DNA of 63,829 nucleotides, counting the filler, from Stramenopiles sp. TOSAG23-6 (Eukaryota), in NCBI GenBank assembly GCA_900128565.1. It is 13 parts of 13 records of this genome, joined end to end, with 100 filler letters (N's around TTAATTAATTAA, not from the genome) between each part and the next. Parts side by side here need not be neighbours in the genome. Positions count along the whole stretch, not along the records: positions 24,389 to 32,400 come from LT636484.1; positions 32,501 to 40,509 come from LT636485.1; 11 more parts are not named here. The stretch is one strand, 5' to 3'. A program made the translations under genes and the position numbers. Below are positions 25,005 to 36,799 of the stretch, piece after piece. Below the pieces are notes generated by a model that worked only from the letters and a program-made list of their open reading frames with translations, was not told where the DNA came from and made no database searches. Within the stretch, counting starts at the first letter, position 1, and every line of letters begins with the position of its first letter.

Positions 25005-25730
25005 ATTTACTTCTCCTGGTTTCTTCAGTAAAGTCTCCCCAGATTTGTTTGCAAAACAATAATATGTTTGAAACATATATCGGCGATATTTGCGTTTATC
25101 AATGAACTCAGTTCCATCTGGAGCTACATATTTTATCACTTCATCAGGTTTCTTTATTTCCTGGACTAAAATTTTTTCGCGAATTACATTTTCTTCCACA
25201 TCCCCATCGTCATAAGTAACTACATATGTTCCATTATCATTGACTTTTGTTACTTTTCCAGGATAATACGTCTGTGTATCTTTGAAGCGACATGTCACCA
25301 TCGAATCTTTCTCAATAGGTCCCGTTTGATCAGCAGCGGCTACAGTTGGAGGGCCTAAAAGTTTAATCTTTTCACGTCCGACATTTGCTTCAGTGTCTCC
25401 GTCATCATATGTTATTGTATATGTTCCATTCAGATTAGTTGCCGTAACTTTCCCCCCATAATAAGTTTCCGACTTTTGAAAACGACAATTCACACGGGTA
25501 CCAACAATAATGGGTGTATTCACGACTAGATGATTACGTGGTACGTTTTCTTCAACTTCTCCGTCATCATATGTCACTTTATATGTACCGTCGTCTGATA
25601 AACATGTGACCTTTGCACCATACCATGTTTGAGAACCTTGATAAGCACATCGTACAAGTGTACCTACGGTAACAACTGCACCAAGGGAGGATCCAGCATC
25701 CGCAGTAGGTGGGGCAGGAGGAACTGACAT
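25005..25730 (-). CDS. three Tudor/Agenet-like repeats followed by the start of an XRP2/TBCC-like domain (first exon)
   Basis: 3x (W/Y)YxxKVT..xxGTYxxTYDDGxxExNV; then YCFANKSGETLLKKPGEVN. Confidence 0.75.
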
Positions 25731-26075
25731 ATCTTTATAGTCGGATTATATTTTTAATTTGATGTACAAGTAAGGAATAGAGACAGACACCAATTTCTAA
25801 TAAATAAATAAATAACAACACTTGAGGCGTTATTTATATTTTTTTAACGGCAAAACACGCGAACAAACCTGCTCTCGAATGAAGAAGTTTTTTTTTTATT
25901 TTTTTGACTTCATTTTGGCTCAAGAAAACCGCAAGAACAACAACAACAAAAAGAGACAAAAAAAAGAAGAAAAAAAAAATCCAAAGAAGATCGATATCTA
26001 GTTTAGGTTGGAAGTTCTTCCTTCATACATTGTTTCTTTAATGTATTCCGAATAATGATAAACATATAAAGTGTA

Positions 26076-26663
26076 ATGCCTCATATACGAAGGGGAAGTC
26101 GCATACTCTTTGTAGTATTCTACAGTGTATTCTGCAAAGTTAATTGTAATTTACTCAGAAATAAGAGTAAAGATGAACAAGTGATTCAGCTGGACAACTT
26201 TCCAACGGATAACGAGAATCACTTGCAAGTAAATTTAGTTCCTGAAAATGCTTCTCCATCAGACACAAGAGTCATTCATGGAACATTTACCGGTTCATTT
26301 CGTAATTCATTTGATGGGCCACTATCGTTCGTTCCAACAAAAGAACAACAGCCTACAGCGACCGAATACAAATTTGATGCTAGAGTTCCTTTATACGCAA
26401 CTTTCCCTCCAGGTATGTTGGTTCATAATACTATTGAAACTGATGATATTCAAGAACCTGAAAGCGATTTTTCTGTAGTCACTGTAAAAAATGAAAACAA
26501 TGCTCCCATGAGAGAATCGATTTTGCGTTCTTCAATGAGGGATTTAATTAGGGAACCGAATTTACACGTAATGGGACACGACACTAGTAGATTAGTAGGA
26601 CTAATTGTTGCTCCAATGCCTGCAACGGAAAGATTAAATAAGTATACATCAGATAACAAATAA
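26076..26663 (+). CDS. hypothetical, possibly secreted protein
   Basis: 195-aa ATG ORF with hydrophobic N-terminus. Confidence 0.6.
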   Translation: MPHIRRGSRILFVVFYSVFCKVNCNLLRNKSKDEQVIQLDNFPTDNENHLQVNLVPENASPSDTRVIHGTFTGSFRNSFDGPLSFVPTKEQQPTATEYKFDARVPLYATFPPGMLVHNTIETDDIQEPESDFSVVTVKNENNAPMRESILRSSMRDLIREPNLHVMGHDTSRLVGLIVAPMPATERLNKYTSDNK

Positions 26664-26845
26664 AGACTACCAAACAAAACTTGAAACAGAAAATATTATG
26701 TTTATATCAAATTAAAACAAATTGTTTCTTTTTTTTGTAAAGTAAACTACGTACTATTTTTGGTACCAAATGAATTTCAAAACTTTTTTCGTACCTACCG
26801 ATTTTCAATTTGGTATATTTACTTGACTACAACACAAAATTAAGT

Positions 26846-28427
26846 TTAAAGAGCATTTTGAACTTCCTTATCTTCCTCACGCATGTCCATTATTTCATGG
26901 TACAATTTATTAATTGCACCATCTCCATCAAGATCAGTACAGTACTTGTTAAATGATTTCTTGTTTCGCAATGAGTACAATTCAATTAACAATTTCACCT
27001 CCATATCGACTTCTGCTGCTTTTTTTTCTGCTAACTCTTCAGATGTCAAGCCTTCAAGTTCAGCAAATGAGAAACGTCCACGCCGAGTCATATCTACTCC
27101 ATAATGTTCCCCATTTAATTCAAAAGACACATCATCAGTCACAATAGACTGAGAAGCCTTAGCCATTGCACTTTCCTGCTCAGCTGTGAGCGGTTCCAAT
27201 TTCCCTCTGTTTGCCAATTCTTGCATTCTTTCCAATAACTTTCCTGCCATTTCGAGGTCTTTAAATTCACCATTATTTATTTCAAGATATTCGTCCACTT
27301 TTGCAATCAATTCAGATGTCTTGGTAAGAGCAAGATCTTCTGTGGAAATTTTCTTTTCCGTGAGGATTGAAGCAACATTATCTTTAGTTAAAGAAGATGC
27401 CCAGGTTTTCAAATCTGTTGATGACATTTCTTTAAATGATGCACCAACCGCTTTATATGCTGATTCATCTTTGGCTGCCTGCTGAGCTCGAGATTCAATT
27501 TCTTTTTTGAAATATGCCAATTGTTCATCAGACACATCACCAGCCGTAACAGAGTGACCGGATGCTTGTCGTTTTTCCATAGCTGTAATCTCATCAAGAA
27601 ATTCACGTTGAGTATCTTCGTCGAGCGTTCCAAAAGCTTTTGTATCCCATCGTTCCTGAATGAGTGCAACACGAGCAGCATTGACGTCAACAGCATCAAC
27701 TTCATTATCATAGTTATGTTTTGCTAAGTCGGCTTCGAGCTCTGCTTCAATGTCGGGAAATCGAGCAGCGACCGAGTCATAATCTGTCTCTGCATTCGTA
27801 CGGGTTGCTTCCAATTCAGCAAGTTGTTCTTTAGCAGCACCCAAATGCACATTCATATCACTTTGTGTTTGAGAGATGCTAGCGAGGACGTCCGATTCAG
27901 TCGCTTTGAGAGAAGCTTTTTCTTCTGCTGCATCCTTGGAGAAATCAGTGTATTTGTAGCTTGAGTATTCTTGTCTCACCTTTGCAACAGCATCTTTACC
28001 AAGAATTTTTTCATAAGCTGCCCAATCTACCTCACCTAACGCCTCTTGTGATTGAGCTGTTGCGAGGGACGTTCGTTTACTCATGTCAGCAAGTTTCGTT
28101 CCCCACTCGAGTTTTTTTGACTCTGGGATCATATTACCCATGTTGGACCTGTAATGTAAAGGATATACAAAAAAATACATCTAATGAGAATATGAGTCAC
28201 ATGAAATTATGTGAATATAAAGTTTGTATAATTGAAACGAGACCCACACGGCACTCGCCAAAAATGACGTCGCTGTGCGAATAGTGTTTAATACTTCATG
28301 GACAGAAAAAATATAGTCCATAATGATTGAACATTCGTATAAATAGTACTTACCAGTGATTACCAGTTGCTAATGCTCGAACACCATTGGTGTGTGAAGC
28401 AACACGGAGAGTGCGGAAGAGCATCAT
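26846..28427 (-). CDS. mitochondrial ATP synthase subunit d-like protein with long C-terminal extension; canonical intron 28149-28353
   Basis: Presequence-like MMLFRTLRVAS...; VDWAAYEKIL...VAKVRQEY motif; strong codon bias. Confidence 0.65.
28149..28353 (-). other. canonical GT-AG intron
   Basis: TG|GTAAGT...TTACAG|G restores H-W-S-N-M. Confidence 0.85.
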
Positions 28428-28646
28428 CTTTATATTGTGCCGTTAAATCTATAAGAAATCGACAATAAAGGCGCAGAGAGAGAGAGAGAGAGAGACAACG
28501 AACTCGTGAAAAGGAAGACGCGTGTTTGGTTGGCCAACTAACCCTAACCCTAATTACAATTTTACCTAACCCTAACCCTAGAAGTACGTGTTGTATTATA
28601 TATAGTCATAACCAAATTTATTTATTTTATTATACAATATTAAAAA

Positions 28647-29309
28647 CTACTCGGAATCATTTTTAAGCATTACAAATACCCTTGCAGGGCGAATGACTTG
28701 CTCATCACATGAATAGCCAACTTGCACAACAGAAGTTACTTCGTTATGTTTTGCATTTTCCACTTCATCAACTGTACTACGCCCTACAGCTTCATGACAG
28801 TCAGGATTAAATTCCGATCCTAATGGGTTTATTTTGACAATGCCATGTTTTGTAAATGTTTTTTGTAGTTGCATCTTGGTCATGGACACGCCTTCAAGTA
28901 ATGCTTCTTTTGATGTATCTGTTTTTTCAATGTCTGACGCCCTTTCCAAGTTATCTGCAACATCGAGAAGATCCTTTGCGAATCGGACTTTACCCTGTTG
29001 ACGTGCCTTTTTTACATCAACTGCTGATCGCTTTTGAAGAGTTTCTATTTGTTTTGCATACATTTGTCTGATAGAATGCCGTTCAAGCTTTAAGCGCCGC
29101 CTCGATAATGCATATATCGTAGCTACACTTGCACACACAGCAACTCCACCTAGAGCTAAAGCCACCTTTGCATTTCGTTCTAATTCTTCTCTTTGTTCTT
29201 TGAGTCCTGTGACTTCTTCTATTAAACGTTGACGTCGACGGTTCTCGGACTCAATGTGTCGGGCATGTGCAGCACGAAGCTCTCGATCATTGGATAATAC
29301 ACCACCCAT
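28647..29309 (-). CDS. grpE: GrpE-family nucleotide exchange factor with N-terminal hydrophobic segment
   Basis: FAKDLLDVADNLERA, LEGVSMT, FNPDCHEAV, VGY...VIRPARV. Confidence 0.85.
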   Translation of the reverse strand: MGGVLSNDRELRAAHARHIESENRRRQRLIEEVTGLKEQREELERNAKVALALGGVAVCASVATIYALSRRRLKLERHSIRQMYAKQIETLQKRSAVDVKKARQQGKVRFAKDLLDVADNLERASDIEKTDTSKEALLEGVSMTKMQLQKTFTKHGIVKINPLGSEFNPDCHEAVGRSTVDEVENAKHNEVTSVVQVGYSCDEQVIRPARVFVMLKNDSE

Positions 29310-29669
29310 GGAGAGAATGATTTGCTGGAACCTTAAAAAAATATGATATAGAAACGAGAACAACCAAAAGAAGGGGAAGAAAATCGAGTTGACTTTCAAG
29401 GTATTTATTTATTACCGGGTATCGGAAAAAATTTTTAAGTCGAAAAAAGTTTCAAAAAACGATTTTGTGAAATCACACTCTATCGGCAATTATCAAGAAT
29501 TTTGCAACGTATATACGTTACTTTTCAAAAGTAATTACAAATAGTATCTACTTCGATCTACTTGTTTTAGTCTAGCTTTTATTTATCCGTTCGAAGTTCG
29601 AACTCTATCCGCATCTTCTTTCCCCCACTTATTCAACATTCACGACAATCGACAATAATCGACAATAAT

Positions 29670-31397
29670 ATGAAAAACTGTTACATCAGCATTTTGTCCA
29701 TTGTATGCTTTTCCTTTGTGGCAACAGAAGTTATGTCGGCGCTGTCGTCGGAGGTGAAGCGGGCGGCATCCCGTAGCGCTCTCCGCAATCTCCGTAATGC
29801 GAATGATCGTGAACGACAGTATTCAGTATGGAATAAAACAAAAAATTCAATACGTGAAGATCCAGAGAAGATGCGTAACCTGTTTTTACGACATATTGTT
29901 GCTAAATTTCAGTCACAAGATCCGAAAGAGACAGAAAAGTATACAAAGTTTTTGAAATTGGCACAAACAATTGAACAACAACAGCTTCAACAAAGTAATG
30001 TTCAGTGCCCTTCTGGTCGATTACAACAAACTTTTTTCAACGCATATAATTGTATTCTAAATGCCAAAATGGAACTAGGAGAATTGCGACAACAACAAAC
30101 CAACTTTGAAGGAGCATCTTCAGTATTCTATCCAGAATGTGAAGTAGCCAGAAAAATTTCGAAATGTTTTGATGATTGTTGTGATGATATAGAAGAATTT
30201 GTCAACTTTGCTATGCAAAATGTTGGCAAATATCATGTTCAAAGTTTTTCTGCATCTGAAGTTTGCGATGCTTCTCAATACTACGGCTACAATCCATCAC
30301 AAAAACAATACAAACTCAAATTTGAGTGTCAGCGAAGTGTAGATGATCAAAAGAGGTTTGAGGCACAGGAAAAATTACAAAAACAAATAAAGGAAGAAGA
30401 GGAAGCCAATGCAAGAAGAGAGAAGATAAGGAAAGAATCTCAAAAACAAAGAAAACAGCGACTGGCAGAAGAGAAACAGCAACTGGCAGAAGAGCAACTG
30501 GAAGAGCAACTGGTAGAAAAGTTGCAAGAAGAGACAGAGAGAGCTCAAAATTTTTTGATACAATTGAACAAGGAAATTTCAGACACTCAAGAAGAGGAAA
30601 TGGTCATTCCAAAAGGCAATGTATATGCAAAACAATCAAATGATTCGGATCATACTCTAGAAAAGATGTTACAGAACGGGAAAGTGAAGAAAATTGGTAA
30701 AGTGATGAAAAGTGGTACAGATGGGTTTTTTTATGGAACAGTGAAAGAAAGAGATTTATATGTTGATACATGGTCATCCAAATGTCCTAAAAATGATGGA
30801 TTTATTGACGCCGCTAGATTCCCAGAGAGAGCCAAACTTTGGGATGAACATGTTGCACAAAATGGACTCTGTCTCCGATTTTATTACTGTGAAATGAATT
30901 CATTGAGTCCAAAAGGTGAATTTGTGATACTAAACCCCAAACAGATGATTATTGACTCCCAGTACCAAGATTTGGTGTCAATTTATCCATCATATGCATC
31001 AAAATCAGGAAGAAACAATACAAAAAAGCCAAAGCCCTTTACATTTACACAAGTCACTTTTCAATTTCAATGCATTGTTTCCACAAAATTTGAGCCTAGG
31101 CTACAACAGCGGCAAAAAAAACACGGAACAAACACCACTGGATACTATTACGAAACGATGTATGTTTTATTTTTTTTTTCAATTTCAAATATTTTTTTCG
31201 TACGAAATTTTGTACCTAACGTTTTTTTTTTTGAAAATATTTGTACAAAATACATACTAGGACAGTTTGTATCTAAAGGGAAAGGTTGTGGGAATAAGAC
31301 ATTTGATTTTGATGTAGAATCCAAAATAGGAGGAGACAATGTCCCCAGCTCTCATTTGGAAATGGTAACACGGCATACGAGAACCATCCATTGGTGA
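29670..31397 (+). CDS. hypothetical secreted protein; in-frame family intron 31160-31255
   Basis: Signal peptide, coiled-coil middle region. Confidence 0.7.
   Translation: MKNCYISILSIVCFSFVATEVMSALSSEVKRAASRSALRNLRNANDRERQYSVWNKTKNSIREDPEKMRNLFLRHIVAKFQSQDPKETEKYTKFLKLAQTIEQQQLQQSNVQCPSGRLQQTFFNAYNCILNAKMELGELRQQQTNFEGASSVFYPECEVARKISKCFDDCCDDIEEFVNFAMQNVGKYHVQSFSASEVCDASQYYGYNPSQKQYKLKFECQRSVDDQKRFEAQEKLQKQIKEEEEANARREKIRKESQKQRKQRLAEEKQQLAEEQLEEQLVEKLQEETERAQNFLIQLNKEISDTQEEEMVIPKGNVYAKQSNDSDHTLEKMLQNGKVKKIGKVMKSGTDGFFYGTVKERDLYVDTWSSKCPKNDGFIDAARFPERAKLWDEHVAQNGLCLRFYYCEMNSLSPKGEFVILNPKQMIIDSQYQDLVSIYPSYASKSGRNNTKKPKPFTFTQVTFQFQCIVSTKFEPRLQQRQKKHGTNTTGYYYETMYVLFFFSISNIFFVRNFVPNVFFFENICTKYILGQFVSKGKGCGNKTFDFDVESKIGGDNVPSSHLEMVTRHTRTIHW
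31160..31255 (+). other. non-canonical intron, GT...AT (96 nt)
   Basis: AT|GTATGT...TTCGTACGAAATTTTGTACCTAAC...AAAATACAT|A. Confidence 0.8.
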
Positions 31398-31772
31398 TCA
31401 ATGATGTTGTGTATGTATCAGTATGTATACATGTGTACGTATGATTGTTGTAGTGAAGTTTTCTTTTGAGCATTTGAGCTTTTGAGCGTTTGAGTCGGTG
31501 GAATGAATTCTTTACTTTTGACATCTTTATAAGTCAATTTGAAACAGTTATTTGGTAGGAAAGGAATTTCATTATTATTGCCAATAAAAAAAAATGTACA
31601 CAATATAATCTTTTTTATTTTGTTTTTGTTTTTGTATTTTTGTCAATTTTTGTATCGCACTTCTCCATCCCCGCCAGTTCAATGTAGGTGCTTATAATAT
31701 ACAAATCAAATTGCTGTGGTATTTTGATGCTTATATATACTTTTTTTGTATCGCAATCATATAGGTGCAATT

Positions 31773-32400
31773 TCAAATATTCCCATTGCTTCTTGCGGCA
31801 GCTATTTCTTGTCTTCTTGCAGCAGCTATTATTTGTTGGCGTCTTGCGACTCTTTCTGCCATTGCCTCTCCTGCTCTTCTTCTTGCTTCGTTTATATAGG
31901 CTCTTCTTTCGGCTGCTTCTCTTTCGGCTTCTCTTACTTTTGCTGGTCTTGCATTTGCTTTTCTTCTTTCGCCTGCTCTTGTTGCTGCTGCTCTTATTAT
32001 TGCTAATCTTGCATTTGCTTCATTTATTTCGTCTGCTGTTCTTACTGTTTCTTTTCCTTCTCCCATTGCTTTAAAGTGTTTTCTTGTTTTTTCATCGATG
32101 TTGACACATTTGCTCTTTACAACGCTGTTTCGATGTTGAACAAATGATTTTTTTCCGGTTATGGTGGTACGAATGTTCGGATTTTGGTCCGGTTCCATCC
32201 CTAAAAGTTCACGAATTGTTTTTTTCTGGCCATCCTCTCCCATATTTTTCTTTTTGTTCTTCTTTTCTTTTTTTTTAGGCTCCTCCCCTTGTGACATTAA
32301 GGCTTTTAATCGATTTATTTGTTCTTTTTTCGAAAGAGCCATTTTTGCACACTCCGCAAACGTTTCTTTATATGTTGAGTGTTGAATGCCCAACACCTCG
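31773..32400 (-). CDS. hypothetical charged coiled-coil protein (5' partial)
   Basis: Open to contig end; Lys/Arg/Ala/Glu-rich. Confidence 0.5.
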
Positions 32401-32500
32401 NNNNNNNNNNNNNNNNNNNNNNNNNNNNNNNNNNNNNNNNNNNNTTAATTAATTAANNNNNNNNNNNNNNNNNNNNNNNNNNNNNNNNNNNNNNNNNNNN

Positions 32501-32554
32501 TATAAAAATTTTGTACCTAACGATTTTTTTTTGAAATATTTTTCCAAAATACAT
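32501..32554 (+). other. 3' half of family intron
   Basis: TTTTGTACCTAAC...AAATATTTTTCCAAAATACAT; the ORF-track ATG at 32553 straddles this junction. Confidence 0.75.
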
Positions 32555-34580
32555 GAATTCGAATTCTAGTGTATTAAAGGTTGCATCGATATGGTGGGTA
32601 ATGAGTTTAGCTTGGGGAAGTTTGTGTGGTAATGAACGATGGTATAGAGAATTTCGAAAAATATTTATACCGAATTTCGTACCTGGTGAATTGTCAATCA
32701 CTCCAGAATACGTAAATAATCAAAATGATCCAACCAATCAAAATGTTTTGATAAAAATAATTTGTAATTATTTTCTTACTTCATCATCAAATTCATCGAA
32801 CTGTCAGAATTTATATGAAAAACAACTTTCTTTATGTTGTTTTACTGATTGTGTTAGTGTGATTCGAATGCATGACAATTTTAATAATTCATCAAATTAT
32901 AAAACACGAAAAATGCATGAAGAATATAATTCATCAAATTATGAGACAACAAATAATAATTCATCAAATTATAAAACACGAAATATACATGAAGAATATG
33001 ACCAATTGTTCTCTTGTAATTTGACAACACTAATGAAATCTCTTCTTGATTGTATAAATGTTCCTGTTCCAGGTAATAATAATGAAACAATTGAAAGGTT
33101 GAATCAAAAAATACAACAACAAACTATAGAATTAGAAACATTTCATAAAGAGAAAACTGGACAAAAATATGAAAATCAAAATGATATAGAATTTACGGGA
33201 ATAGATAGTATTGCTACTACAACATATGATAATTTCAATAATTCTGGTCAAAACAATACTTCTGAGTATATAAAAGTATTACAAGAACTAAAGAAAGAGA
33301 AAGATACATCTGCACAATTAAATCAAGAACTAAAGAAAGAGAAAGATACATCTGCACAATTAAATCGTAACTTTCAAGATGCTTTGAGAGCTGTAGCCAC
33401 CGAGCGAATGAAAACTGAAATTCTAGAGGGTAGAATAGTAGAAATTGCATCAAGTAAAGTTGTCTCCAAAAACGATACAAAAAGACAAATAACAGATTCT
33501 AACACAAGTATTCGGAGTGTGACTACTGATGCAGTGATTTTTCAAAATCAAAGGCAACACGAGTTTGATCAAATGAAAAAAGAATTGTACATAGAGAAAG
33601 AAAAAAATTCGGCAGTTGAAAAGAAACTCTCAAAATTATATATGAAACTAGTATCGCTAACAAAGTTATATGAAGATACTGTCGCTAAATTAAATAGGGC
33701 AAAAGTTGAGATAGAGAGGACTCAAGAAAAAGATCGTGAAGCTGAAATTTTGGCTGGGCGACTGCAAGAAGTTATGGCAGGAATTCGCAAACAACATTCT
33801 GAGCAACAGTTTGCTTTGGAACAAAGTGCAGAATGGAAAAAACAAAGTATTTTTGAATTATCAAATTTGCGACGTGAATTGGCTGGTGCAAAATGTGAAC
33901 TTTTAGAAAAAGACAGAACAATTGCTGCCCTAGAAAAAAGAGAAGAAATTCAAAAAATACGTTTCGATTCGATAGAAGCTCGTGAGATTTCATTGAATAA
34001 TGAAATTGCGGCCATGCGTCAGGTTGTCAATAAATCAGGTCAAGATTTATTAAAAAAGGAAGAAGAACTCATGGATCATCAAAAATTGACAAAGTTAATT
34101 CATGATCTTAGTGGCAGTCATCAACCTAACCCTAATGTCGGTAATGTCGGTAATGTCTCATATGATTATATTCTTGATCGATCTAGCAGTGAATCTCGGG
34201 GATTGGAATTCTCTGCTGAAGTGATTCAAAGTTTAGACAGGTCAAGTAATAGTAAAGAACGTTCATATTTTAATTCTTCTTCTGGTTTTACTGACGGATC
34301 ATTTCACATGAAGAATGATAACCCTAACCCTAATGATTCAAAACCTTTTTTAAAAATTGATAAAAATCATCATTCACTTGATATATCCGATATGCATCAA
34401 AATAGTCAACCAACATGTAATGAGGAATTTTTATCTGTTCCCGAAAGCAACAATGCCTCAAAACAAGCTTTAAATATAGAAAATAATATCAGTATAGAAA
34501 ATACTGAAGCTCAGCTACTTCTGAGAGATGCCGATATTGCATTGCTGGAGGCTAAACTTGATGGAATCCTTCAAGAGTAA
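32555..34580 (+). CDS. long coiled-coil protein, last exon (5' partial)
   Basis: 675-aa ORF, heptad-rich, with short internal duplications. Confidence 0.7.
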
Positions 34581-34822
34581 TTAGGGTTAGGGTCCCTACC
34601 CTAAACCCTAACCTAAACTTGATGGAATTCTTCAAGAGTAATACACCTAAATTTAATATATATTAATATATCAATATAATACGCGCTCCGCATTGTTATA
34701 TAACATATAAGTACTTATAATTCTTTATATGACGTATGATACAAAAATAAAAATAATGTAACGCTTTTGTTTTGTAGACTAATTCAAATATTGAACATTT
34801 TTATTTCATGCCAAAACTCTGA

Positions 34823-36412
34823 TTAAGGGTTGTCATAAAAACTATCTCTACAACAGTGTATTGCTGTACAAATCTCCCAATCTTCGTAGTCGTGTAAATA
34901 CATCTCAACAAGAATTTCTCCATTTTTGAATAGGAGTGCACAATATTTTACATATTCAGACGGNAAGTCTGAAAAACAGATTGAATCTAAAGCATCCATA
35001 AAATCTGTAAACATTTGTTGATATTCCATAGATTTCTCTGCAGTGGCATTGATGCGAGCAATGTCACGATGTGTCATTCTTTGGGATCGTACTTTCCGAG
35101 ATGTATTTATGGTTTGTCGGATTTCGCTCACACTGACATCTTGGAGGTCCTGGGGACTGAAATTCTTTTTTAAAATATTAGCCGAAGTATCAATACTTTT
35201 GTTTGTAATGCTTTGCGTCGGTAGTGTTGCTTCTGGAAGACCAGTTCCCGGTCCATATTCTACACGGTGTTTTACTGCTGTACTTTCATTCACTTCAAGA
35301 TAGGCTCCAGGATAAGTGCGAAAGTAACCTTGTGATTCACCTGGGGAAAAGTCGACAGTTCCAGGGAAATTCCCTCCTCCACCATTGGCCCAACGTGGCA
35401 CTGCTTTGATATGTCGATCGGCCATTTCTGCAAGATAGGAACACATTACACATTCTGTATCGCGACTGAATAGAGCCGTCATTGCCGCTTTGGCAATAAG
35501 ACTTGGTCCACCCTTTGCATCACCAGCTGCACCAGTTTCACCACCAGCAGCAGCACTACCAGCTTCACCACCAGCTTCACCACCAGCTTCACCACCAGTA
35601 GTATTTTCAGCTTCACCACCAGCTTCACCACCAGCTTCACCGCCAGCTTCACCACTGGCAGCAGCACCGACATCACCAACAGCACTACCAGCTTCAACAC
35701 TTGCAGCAGTATTACCAGCTTCACCAGCAGCACCAGCACCGACAGCAGCACCAGCACCGACAGCACTACTAGCAGCACCAGCACCGACAGCACCAGCACC
35801 GACATCACCAGCGGCAGGAGGAGGAGCGACAGGTACTCCTCCTCCTGCTAAGCCTGTTGGTGGCATACCTGTTGTTCCTCCACCAGGTGTGCTTTTACTC
35901 ATAGTACCAAGTTCAAGAAAGTTTAGTGGTATACTAGAAATGTTGTCATTTGCAAAAAAATTCCGATTTTTTTCCACTTTTTTTATGTCACCATTGTGCT
36001 GGACCATGAATTCTTCCAACATCTTTTGATGTGATACATTNAATTTCTCTTCACTTTCTATAATATTATTTAATCGGGTAGTACTATCACTAAGTCGTTT
36101 TTCTCTGATGTGTTTAAATGCTGGAGGAAGCAACTTATGGAACGGCGGATGTTTTGATCTCATTTTACGTTTTGACTCTGTTTTCAAAGGGTCCACTTCT
36201 AGTCTACTTTTGATCATATGAATGGTATCTTTAAAATTGTTTAAAGAGGATTTGTTGTCACTCGAAATTAAAGTACCCACCTTTGGTTTTCTGACAACCG
36301 ACGGCAAAAATGTTTCCAGCAATTCATTTCTTTTGAGGATACCAACTGCGAATATTTCTTCTATTAAAGTACAAGCGTACCATACCACAACACCGATATA
36401 CAATATGCGCAT
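34823..36412 (-). CDS. secreted protein with Gly/Ala repeats and a split saposin-B-like domain
   Basis: ECVMCSYL...(insert)...IC..P..YVKYC...EICTAIHCC Cys spacing. Confidence 0.7.
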   Translation of the reverse strand: MRILYIGVVVWYACTLIEEIFAVGILKRNELLETFLPSVVRKPKVGTLISSDNKSSLNNFKDTIHMIKSRLEVDPLKTESKRKMRSKHPPFHKLLPPAFKHIREKRLSDSTTRLNNIIESEEKXNVSHQKMLEEFMVQHNGDIKKVEKNRNFFANDNISSIPLNFLELGTMSKSTPGGGTTGMPPTGLAGGGVPVAPPPAAGDVGAGAVGAGAASSAVGAGAAVGAGAAGEAGNTAASVEAGSAVGDVGAAASGEAGGEAGGEAGGEAENTTGGEAGGEAGGEAGSAAAGGETGAAGDAKGGPSLIAKAAMTALFSRDTECVMCSYLAEMADRHIKAVPRWANGGGGNFPGTVDFSPGESQGYFRTYPGAYLEVNESTAVKHRVEYGPGTGLPEATLPTQSITNKSIDTSANILKKNFSPQDLQDVSVSEIRQTINTSRKVRSQRMTHRDIARINATAEKSMEYQQMFTDFMDALDSICFSDXPSEYVKYCALLFKNGEILVEMYLHDYEDWEICTAIHCCRDSFYDNP

Positions 36413-36799
36413 GGTGTCTTCTCTAATGGCGTATATAGATGAGAAATACTTAATGTAATAGGTTCTTCTTAGGGATAATTGGGTTTTTCATCGACAGTAA
36501 TTTATAATGTGTGTGTTGTCGTCTACTATATACTAGCTAAAAGCCTATTTCGGTTCTCTCCTACGTATGAATTAATTTTCAAAAGTTTGCACTTTGTTCT
36601 TCTTTTTTCTTTTTCCTTGTTGAGCAGGTTCGTTCAAAATTAGAATGATAAACAAGATAAACAACGGTCGTATCTTTCGCACAGCCAAAAAAAATTGCCT
36701 TTAGAATAATATATCTACCTTGATATTATAATTATATTCTTTATATCATTTGGAAAGTGAAGCCATAGATTAAATTGATAGTGTTTAAGTTTTATCGGC

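Noticed and set aside
31158-31253. Reading the family as ordinary U12 AT-AC introns (shifted 2 nt)
   Set aside because: No ATATCCTT donor or TCCTTAAC branch, and the shifted donor would be TT, GC, AA, CT or AC in many copies. The register still needs cDNA.
32642-32713. Core-like ATACCGAATTTCGTACCT (NFVP) inside a coding exon
   Set aside because: No T-rich spacers or CTAAC, and excision at the apparent ends would create TGA; chance or an exonised relic.
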